64,000 nt of DNA. Origin: Eledone cirrhosa (taxonomy: Eukaryota). Numbering within the stretch: position 1 is the first letter of the stretch; every line of letters begins with the position of its first letter. Shown piece by piece: positions 54,553-64,000 of this stretch. The DNA is taken from assembly GCA_964016885.1 (NCBI GenBank), contig OZ024743.1, positions 83,762,001 through 83,826,000 on the forward strand, given 5' to 3'. The translations under genes and the position numbers were made by a program. The notes beneath the pieces were generated by a model. The model ran no database searches and had not been told where the DNA came from. It was given only the letters and a program-made list of their open reading frames with translations.

Positions 54553-57500
54553 ATGTGAAAGCAAGGGTTGGGGGAAGAACGGGGTTGCATGTTCAGAAAG
54601 AGGTGTGTGTGGGGTGGGGGTGTAGGTCGGAGTGTGTGTGCGTGTGTGGATAGAGGGGTGGGGGGAGAGGATTCCGGAGACTGAATGTGTAAATATGTGG
54701 TGGTACGCACGTGTGTGTGTGGTGTTTATGCGTGTTGTGGATGTAGGTGGCGTGTGGGGGAAAAAAATGTTTTTGGGTGTATGTCCGGGGGTGAGTCGTA
54801 AAGGTAATTCCGTAAAAGGATGTGGTGGAATGCTGAGTAAAATCCTTGGGATGCGGTAGATTCTCGGGATCAAGGTTCACATATGTGTAATCCGTGAAGA
54901 GATTGGTCGGAATAGGGGAGATGTGGGGGGCGCGCGCAACAGGAAGTGGTCAGAGGGTCAAAGCAGGAGGAGGGTTGTGTGTCTGTGTGTGCGGGGAGGT
55001 GGTCAGAGAGGCATAGCAGCAGTAGGGTAGAATGGTAAGTGAAGAAAGTCGGTGTATCAGTGTGTGCGGCGGTGCGGTGGACAGGGGAGAGGATGGGTAG
55101 GTGTGAAAGTTGGAGTGAGGAGCGGGTGTGCGTGTATTAGTAGAGTTGTTAGTGGGATGTGTGTGTGTTTGAGAAAAGGGTGTGGGTGGAGCGGGGAGAG
55201 AAGGATGTGGGGGCCGATGGAGGGAGTGTAGTGTACTGGTGTGTGTGTGCGTGTTTGGATGAGTGTGTGTGTGGTGAAGGGGGTGTTAGTGGGTGTTAGT
55301 ATACTGGAGGTGGAGAAAGGGTTGAATGCGGGTGTGAGTGGGGGTCAGTGGTGGTAGGGTGTGTAGAGTGGGTGGTGTAAGAGGGTGTGTGTGTTCGTGT
55401 GCGTAGGGTTGGGGGGTGTTAGTGGTGTTAGTTGCGTGTAGAGTTGGTGGTGTAAGTGGGTGGGTGTGTTCGCGTGCTTGGGGTCACGGGGTGTTAGTGA
55501 GGTTAGTTGCGGGGTGGTGGGATGGAGGTGTGGGGGTGAGAGGTGTGGGGGTGAGAGGTGTGGGGGTGAGGGTTAGTGGTGGTAGTAGGGTGTGTGTTTA
55601 GTGTGAGCGCGTGTATATATGTACCGGTGGGTGTGTGCGTGTGATAAGGAGGGGGAGGAGAAGAAGGGAGGGATGTTAGTATGTTAGTTGGGGAAGGGTG
55701 GTCGGATGTGGGGTGGGGGTGTTAGTATTGTTAGTTGTGGGGTGGGCGGTGAAAAGGAGGGGTGTGTTAGTGGTGTTAGTGGGGGATATGTGTGGGGGAA
55801 GAGGGCGGTCGAAGGCTAAAGGAATAAGGGTGGGGAGTTCAGGCCGGTGGGAGTGTGGGTCTGTAGGGTGAAGATGGTTCGTTGTTCGACCCTGAGGAGA
55901 GTGGCAGGTGTTCCGTGGCATTGGAGTAGGCCACAGACTGTTAGGTGGTGTGCGGAATGTCCAGGGGAACCAAAGTGGCGGACGATGGGGGAACTACCAC
56001 CGAGACGAATATCCCGGAGGTGCTCAGTAAATCTGTCCGCCAGGCGACGTCCAGTCTGTCCGACATAAGTCTCGCTGCACTCCGTGCAGCGAAGTCCGTA
56101 GACTAGGTTGGAGGAGGTGCAGCGGAAGGCATGCTGGACAGAGAGAGAGTGGCCGTTGGGACCCTGGAAGGTGGTGGTGTTGGTGATGTGGGGACAGGTG
56201 TTGCAGCGGGGCCTAGAACAGGGAAAGGAACCGGGGGGAGAGAGCGTGGGTTGGGGGTAGGGAGCTGTGGACGAGGAGGGTGCAGAGATTGTGTGCGCGT
56301 TTGAAGGAGGGAAGTGGTGGGGCTGGGAAGATGTGGGAGGTGGAGGGGTCGGACTGGAGGCGTCGGAAGAGGCGGAGGATGGTGCGGTGGGGGGTATGGT
56401 GGAGGGGTGGTAAGTGATGGGGAAGGGGAGACGGTGGGTGGGTGTGCGGTGGCGTGGGGTTGAGGGTGGTGGAGCGGTGGACAGCACGGGCGCGGGTGAG
56501 AGCGGTGTGAACGAGAGAGGGGGGGTAACCTCTGCGGATGAAATGGCTGACTAGGGAAAGGGCCTGGGACTCAAAGTCAGCATCTCGGCTACAGAGGCGG
56601 CGAATCCTGAGGAGTTGGGAGTAGGGAATAGAGTGCTTAGTGTGTGTGGGGCGGGAAGAGGTGAAGTCGAGGTAGGAGTGGGAGTCGGTGGGTTTGAAGA
56701 AGGCGGGGGTGACGAGGGAGTGGTGGGAGGGGTTGAAGGCGACGGAGATGTCTAAGAAGTGGACGTGGGTGGTGGAGATAGAGGTAGTGAAGTGGAGGGA
56801 GGGGTAGAAGGAGCAGAAGAAGGAGAGAAAGGAGTCGAGCTGTTCTCGGGTGAGGGTCGTGGCTCCGATACAGTCGTCGATGTAACGACCGTACAGTTCG
56901 GGCGTGGGGCCGGTGTACTGGGCAAAGATTTGGGCCTCAACATGGCAAAAAGGTTGGCATAGTTTGGGCCCATTCTTGTACCCATGGCTACCCCCGTGAC
57001 CTGTTGGTAAAACTCACCCGAGAAGGAGAAACAGTTGAGGGTGAGGACCAGCTCGGCGAGGCGAAGGAGGGTGGGGGTGGAGGGGATGGGGAGGGGCGAA
57101 GGTCGAGGTAGTGTTTGAGGGCGCGTAGGCCGTCGGCGTGGGGGATGACGGTATAGAGGGACTTGATGTCTAGGGTGAAGAGGAAGGGCTGTGGGCCGGG
57201 TGGGTAGGTGAAGAAGTCGAAAAGGCGCAGGGCGTGGTTGGTGTCGGAGATGTGGGAGGGGAGGGTGGTGACAAGGGGGGCGAGGATGGAGTCGAGAAAG
57301 GCGGAGATGAGTTCGGTGGGGCAGTTGCAAGCGGAGACGATGGGGCGGCCGGGGTTGTCGGGTTTGTGGAGTTTGGGGAGGAAGTAGATGGTGGGGGTGC
57401 GGGGGTGCGGACGATGAGGTGGGAAGCGGTGGGGGGAGGAGGGAGGAGGAGACAAGGTGTTGGATGGTGGAGGAAACTTGTTGTTGGTAGAGGGGTGTGG

Positions 57501-59353
57501 GATCGGAGGGTAGAGGGCGGTAGAAGAGGGGGTTGCGGAGCTGCCTGAGCGCTTCGGCCGTGTAGAGGTCCGCGCGCCACACCACCACGGCGCCTCCCTT
57601 GTCCACCGGTTTGATGACGATGTCATCTCGGCTACGGAGGGAGCGAAGAGCGAGGAGTTCGCCCCGTGTGATGTTATTCCGTTTGGAACGGTAGCGGAAG
57701 TCGAAACGATTTACGGCGCTACGGCTGGCATCGACGAACGCGTCCAGGGTGCTGGGGCCGGCGTCCAAGAAGATGGTCGTCGGCCCAGGGCGAGAAACGG
57801 GTCTGGGGCGTTCGGAGCCGGTGGCGTTCGGCCGAAATGTGTCTGTAGCTGCGTGCGTCGCACGAATCACTCGACTTCCGTTCGGGTGCGGAACTCGTCG
57901 CTGTGCGGAGTGTGGGGTATGAAGCGAAGGCCTCTACTAAGGAGTGAGCGGTCAGGTGCGGAGAGGGGGAGGTCAGGGGGTATAGTGACAACAAGTGGTG
58001 GGGTTTGGGGGTGTGCGGGGGGAAGGGAGGGTGTGGTGAGGGGTGAGGTGGAGAGTGGAGATTGGGTAGGGGTGTGGGTCGAGGGAAGGGTGGAGAGTGG
58101 TGGGGATGGTTGTGGGGGGCTCATAGGGATGGGCGGGTGGTGGTGGATGGGGGTGGTTGGGAGGAGTGAGTGTAGCTTGCGGGCGTTGGTGGAGGTGAGG
58201 AAGGAGAAGAGGTCGTGGTTGAGGTTTTGGATGAAGAGGAGGATGGAGTGGGCGAGGAGGGGGTGGCAGGTGGAGTTAAGGCGGAGGAGGGTGGGGGTCA
58301 GTTGGTGGTCAAGTTTGCGGAGGGTGGAGCGGGAGGCGCGGATGGAGTTGCGCATTAGGAGGCGTGAGGATCGGGTGAGGATACGTTGGGTGGAGGGGAA
58401 GCGGGGGGGAAGTGTGGAAGTGTAGACGGAAGCCGAGGGGGATAAGGTGGAGGCGGAGGCAGTGGCTGAGTATATGGATGTGGCTGGAGTGCCGGGTTTT
58501 GGCGAAGAGAAGGTAGGAGAGTTGAAGGGCAGAGGGGAGATAGCAGGGTGGGAGGAGGGGGTGAGGAAAAGTTTGAGGCTAGTGTGTAGTTGGTGGAGAA
58601 AGGATCTCAGGCTGGGCATGGTGGGCGTTGGGTGAAAGCAGGAGGAGGGATGAGAAAGCAGGTGTGTGAAGCGGGGTGGTGTTGAACGAAGGAGTGAGTG
58701 CGAAGGATAGGCAGAGACGGGGAAGGGAAAATGAAACAGAAAAAACGTAAGGAGGGGAGAGTATACACAGGAAAATCAAAGACCAAAAATCATAAACGTA
58801 CAAACACAGGCAATCATGGACAAAAAAATCATAGACAGAAATAAACAAGTACAGTAAATAAATAAATCAAAAAGTAATGCAAAGAAAGGAAAAAACAAGT
58901 GTGGGAAGGTGTGTGGAAAGTTCAGAGAGTGGTCACGGCGGATTAGATCGGGGTTGAGCCGGTAGTCAGGTTATATTCCAAAGGTATGGAAGCCGTGTGA
59001 GCGTGTATTGTATAGTGAAAAATTGAACGGGAACAAAACAGAGAGGCAGTACGAACAAAGGTTCATTAGTTTCACGCTCTTGAGAGTGGGGTGGTGGTGG
59101 GAAACGACGTTTCGGGCATAAGCCCTTCTTCAGGTGAAAAGTGTGTGGGAAGAGAGTTCCAAGGGTGTGTAGGGGAGTGGTGGAGAGACATATAGCAAAA
59201 AGGGGGTGAGAGGAAACGGTGCAAATGGAATTAAAAATAAAGGCATGATCAAAATAAAATTAAAATGGAGTAACAGATGGTGGAAGGTTGTGGGGCGTGT
59301 AGGGGTGGTGGCGGTGGAGTGGGGAGGGCTGAAGGTGGTGTGTGTGTAGGTGT

Positions 59354-59398
<45 letters not shown>

Positions 59399-59632
59399 CA
59401 AGTGTTGGGGGAAGAACGGGGTTGCATGTTCAGGAAGAGGTGTGTGTGGGGTGGGGTGTAGGTCGGAGTGTGTGTGCGTGTGTGGATAGAGGCGTGGGGG
59501 GAGAGGATTCCGGAGGCGGAATGTGTAAATATGTGGTGGTACGCACGTGTGTGTGTGGTGTTTATGCGTGTTGTGAATGTAGGTGGCGTGTGGGGGAAAA
59601 AAATGTTGTTGGGTGTATGTCCGGGGGTGAGT
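54152..59632 (-). mobile_element. Neptune-type Penelope-like retrotransposon with direct pLTRs
   Basis: pLTRs 54152-54796 and 59013-59632, each with CTGAAGA AGGGC TTAT GCCC GAAAC GTC; left end joined to (TA)n. Confidence 0.93.
55816..58619 (-). pseudogene. Frameshifted PLE ORF: N-terminal domain, RT, Cys linker, GIY-YIG endonuclease
   Basis: LLSRGLRFIP; DIVIKPVDKGGAVVV; YFLPKLHKPDNPGRPIVS; LDIKSLYTVIP; GVAMGTRMGPNYANLF; YGRYIDD (56875-56895); CSRPRCNTC; NLVYGLRC...YVGQTGRRLADRFTEH; PTGLN. Confidence 0.92.
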
Positions 59633-59850
59633 TGGGCACAATCGAAAGAAAAGAGCAATTAGCAAATTCGCCAGCTTCTTCATTTCAAATTTTCACTTCT
59701 CTTTTCTATCGCCTCTGAAAGATCTGAGATCTGATGGTATTTAAAACTATGAGACTATTTGGTAATGCAAAAATGAGTCAAACATACACATACATACATA
59801 CATACATACATAGATACATACATGTATACACACACACACACATACACACA

Positions 59851-59915
<65 letters not shown>

Positions 59916-60344
59916 ACATACATACATACAATGGGCGAGAACATTTCCTTATCTTCTGTGTACGCTCCACTGACCTGCTTCCAGATTCATCCGTCTGGTT
60001 GTCAATTTGATTTAGATATCAACACTGCCAACTAAGTCGGTTTCAGGGGGCTGTTTGGTGTGGAGGAAACGATATGATAGACAGACATGATAGTGGCATT
60101 TACTCTAGTTAGCTTGCTTATGTTCCCTTCATTAAAAATGTTAACACCAACTTAAATAGCTGTTTGTTTGGCTTATTGTGAGGTCATAGCATAAACCTTT
60201 GAGATTACAGAATAGATTGTGATATTCCAGCCAAGGTTGTGAGCTGACAGTGTATCATGTTAGATTAGAATATAAAATGTGACATCACTGCTGATATTGC
60301 AGCCTTGTGGTGGTGCCTTGTGTTGTGTTGCCAAGCCAGCAAGT

Positions 60345-60700
60345 TTGGGGAAGGGCAAAGATGATTAAATCAACCCCAATACCTGACTGGTAGTTTATTT
60401 TACCGACCACGTAAGAGGGAAAGACAAAGTTGACCCCGGCGGGATTTTGAATATCGAATGTAAAAAGTCGTACTAAATGCCGCAAAGCATTTTGTCTGAT
60501 TCTCTACGATACATGTCAATCCGTCGCCCTATTGCAGCCATATATTGCAGAAAGCCAGCATACTAAGAGTAAAGACAGGTGGTTTAGTGATTAGAGTGTT
60601 AGGCCCACGATCGTAAAGCCGTTCGGTCGATTCCTGGGTTGTGCGGCGCATTGTCCCTTGAGTAAGACACTTTAGTTTATGTGGCTCCAGTCAACTCATG
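60345..60700. mobile_element. Old SINEs (family A on minus, CORE-like on plus)
   Basis: AAAGTTGACCCCGGCGGGATTTGAA; TGGTTTAGTGA...GGTCGATTCC...TTGTCCCTTGAGTAAGACACTT. Confidence 0.65.
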
Positions 60701-60827
60701 CAAAAGCCACATGGCTGTGGGCAGAAACGTTTTCTACAGAGCTTCGTGATTCATGGGATCAAATGTGTATACATTGAATATATCATATAGTGTACATAGA
60801 TACCAGTATGATATATCATATGATATG

Positions 60828-60882
<55 letters not shown>

Positions 60883-61338
60883 AAATAAAAAATAAATAAA
60901 AAATTATTGTCATTTTGCAAAAAAACACATTAGTGTTGATCATATATTTTTTTTAATTATATATATATATATATATCGAGGCATACTATATGCTGGCCAA
61001 CGGACATCCAGATCCACTGCAAACACAACAGCTAGGTGCACATACGACTAGCATATGCATTTTGCAACTCGTGATGCACCTTTGCCGGAGTCCAAGAAAA
61101 GTATCGAAGATTTTTATCGATTCCTACCTGTTCGTATTTATCTTTGTTATGCCTATACACTATGGCCACATCCACATGGTCGAATTATTCATGATGTCAC
61201 ACTTTCTTAATATTTTTTTTACTCTGAACGAAAAATGTATTAACTTTTTGCACCATCGTGTGCTTTGTGACCGCCTCAAACAATTCGATTGGTATCTGCT
61301 CTACTGCGGCTGCAACTTCAATTTATGCCCATTATATA

Positions 61339-61591
61339 TATAAGAGAAAGAAATCGAAAATGCAACTGAAGTCCTTTAAGTATATTTATTTATTTACTAA
61401 ACCGGTTTCACAGTTATGCTTTTCAAAAGTAACATTGAGATGGAGGGTTTGTGTTTCTGTTGTGGTTTGTCAAACACAAACCCTCCATCTCCATTTTACT
61501 TTTGAAAAGCATAAGAACTGTGAAACCGATAAAGTAAATAAATAAATATTCTTAAAAGACTCCAGCTGCATTTTCGATTTCTTTTCCTTAT
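61339..61591. repeat. Fold-back element with HHR remnant
   Basis: Arms 61339-61455/61472-61591; TTGAAAAGCATAA...TGTGAAACCG; right flank homologous (reverse) to 26880-26985. Confidence 0.8.
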
Positions 61592-61666
61592 ACTTTCACC
61601 CATGTAAGACATCTCGCTTTTTTTTGTCTTTTTTTTTTGAAAAAAACCCTCATTTTCTTATTTATA

Positions 61667-61750
<84 letters not shown>

Positions 61751-61755
<5 letters not shown>

Positions 61756-62491
61756 TTTTTATATAGTTCATTATGCTAATTGGGAGAGGAAATAGTATAT
61801 ATTTTATCTTGTGATTCTATAGACATGTTTTATGATATATAGCTCTGATTGTTTAATTTATTAATTTTTCATTGAGCCAAAAAGTGACCAGTTGCAAAAC
61901 ACGTATATGTATGTGTATGTATATATATATGTAAACTTTTATATGTAATAATCTCCCACTAGGTTGAGATACAAATTTGGCTGTATTGTGCTGTACTTTC
62001 TAGCAAAAATGCCACCAGTCGTAAGCAACTACCACACCCCTTCCAACTTGACCGCGACTACGTCACGATTTTTAGCCATTTTGAAATGATTTCTTGGTGC
62101 GATCGTTTTGGAAAATTTAATGTCTAGATATGAGCGAGCTTCCTGAAGAATCCGGCGCTCGAGTTTATATAATTATTACATAATTATTGGATAACTCAAA
62201 ACACGGACGAAACCATGGTAGAGGCATTTAAGTGTATTCTATTTTCTCCTAGTTTATTTTAAACCTAATTCTGCTTAGTTGACTGTATCTAGGCGATTAC
62301 GCTGTCGAAATATTCGATAAATATTCCACTACGGCCGACGCGAAGCGCTAGTTTTGGTTATTTGTTGGAGATTCCTTCATAGAAGCCTCATTCATATAGC
62401 CTGGTCTATTCGATTTTTTATATAGTTAATTATGCTAATTGGGAGAGGAAATAGTATATATTTTATCTTGTGATTCTATAGACATGTTTTA

Positions 62492-62499
<8 letters not shown>
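61751..62499 (+). mobile_element. Candidate retrozyme: 659-bp monomer with ~88-bp terminal redundancy
   Basis: Direct repeats at 61751 and 62410; HHR 62138-62225 GCTTC CTGAAGA ATCCG...CGGAC GAAAC CATG GTA GAGGC; (TA)n on both sides. Confidence 0.8.
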
Positions 62500-62524
<25 letters not shown>

Positions 62525-62533
<9 letters not shown>

Positions 62534-62920
62534 TAATAACATTCGATTCGTTTGCAATTATGCAAACAAGCCTCAATTTTATAGCCATGTCAGTAGAATG
62601 AACACTTCATTCTTGCTCTTGTGTTGGTATTCTGTTCGTATGCCATCACAAGAGCAAGAATGAAGTGTTCATTCTACTGACATGGCTATAAAATTGAGGC
62701 TTGTTTGCATAATTGCAAACGAATCGAATGTTATTAGGATTGGCAGTATCGGTAGAGGGTCGGACGTCATGCTTTGACGCATAGAGTTACGGCCCTTTCC
62801 ATTCTGAGTTCAAATCCCGCCGAGATCAACCGTCCTTACGGGATCGGTAAAATAAAGTACCAGTAATGTACTGGGTTATTGCTGGCCTTGTGCCAAAAGT
62901 AGAAACAATTATTAATATTC
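62525..62920. repeat. Fold-back palindrome interrupted by SINE family A (62737-62911)
   Basis: Arms 62534-62629/62640-62736; symmetry resumes after the SINE (ATTATTAATATT). Confidence 0.8.
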
Positions 62921-62987
62921 GAAAAACTCAGATTATATTTATTGTATTCAGCCATGTAGAGCGAAATTTTCTTTTATATATATATAT

Positions 62988-63210
62988 ATATCAACTAGAA
63001 ATAGATTGACATATATATATATATATATATAAAATAAATACATGAAACAATCACAGGGAATAATTTGTAAAGAATGTAGGCACACATAGCTAGGTAGGTA
63101 ACTAATTAAAGTTTGACTAGAACTGCCTACATTCTTTACAAATTATTCCCTGTGATTGTTTCATGTATTTATTTTATATATATATATGTCAATCTATTTC
63201 TAGTTGATAT
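62988..63210. repeat. Fold-back element (family of 28229-28891)
   Basis: Arms 62988-63082/63124-63210. Confidence 0.8.
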
Positions 63211-63303
63211 GTAATGCTCGTATCTAATCTTTGAGCTTATTCTACGGTGGATATGGTGCATGTCTCTCAGATATCACAACCCTTAATTTTAATTTTGTAA
63301 TTT

Positions 63304-63380
<77 letters not shown>

Positions 63381-63630
63381 CTCATTAAAACAACAGAAGG
63401 CCGTACTGTAAAATTGATTTTAGAATTTTAATTCCGCGATAACACTATACATATTTCAATGGCCCAGCAGTAAACTACCTAACATAAATATTATATATAT
63501 ATATACATATATATATATACATATATATATGTATATGTGTAGGTTCATATAACTGTGCTATGTCACATAATGTACATAGATATAACTGTGATATATAGAT
63601 ATTGTAATATATAGATATAATTGTGGTATA

Positions 63631-63929
63631 CAGTGTACCTCCAGCTTTCGCGGTCCCGGTATTCGTGATCCCGATTATTCGCGGAATTTTCTTTAGAACC
63701 TAATAACTGTCGCGGAAACCACCGCATATTCGCGGAATCGTAAATATCTTCCGCAATTTTTTAATGGCTTTTTTCGTAGCAATATATATTTTTCCACGCT
63801 AAGTTATAACAATATACCGTATTTGTCGGCCTATATTTTACGTTATGTTTTGGCGTCCGATATTCACGGTTCTTCATTCTTCGCGGGTGCTCTAGGAACG
63901 TAACCCCCGCGAATACCGGGGGACAACTG
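63631..63929. mobile_element. pogo/Tigger-like MITE
   Basis: TA|CAGTG...CAACTG|TA termini with imperfect TIRs containing TTCGCGG/CCGCGAA. Confidence 0.65.
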
Positions 63930-64000
63930 TATACATATGTTTTACATTGGGATATATTGAGATATACACTATATATAATTGTTTCGACTTTTGTCATAAG

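Noticed and set aside
60990-61343. 117-aa ORF as a host exon
   Set aside because: No recognisable domain or splice signals; bounded by TA tracts.

Overview
Eukaryotic, AT-rich, microsatellite-saturated non-coding DNA. The repeat repertoire suggests a cephalopod (octopus-like) genome, which is an inference only. I can support no intact host gene; almost all listed ORFs are artefacts of (TA)n, (TG)n or (CATA)n tracts. Recognisable mobile elements are a decayed CR1-group LINE (4602-7664), a near full-length but frameshifted Neptune-type Penelope-like element (PLE; 54152-59632), a Naiad-type PLE 3' fragment, a CRE-like restriction-like-endonuclease fragment, a decayed Gypsy-like LTR element, three non-autonomous Helitrons, two Tc1/mariner MITEs and many tRNA-derived SINEs. 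The main hidden signal is more than 20 intact or decayed type I hammerhead ribozyme (HHR) motifs from several unrelated ORF-less families. They lie in (TA)n tracts as head-to-tail monomers (310, 429/481, ~530, 659 bp and ~2.1 kb), very often ending in a fold-back inversion. This looks like a diverse set of PLE-mobilised, probably circRNA-forming retrozymes. All structures were read by eye and none was computed.
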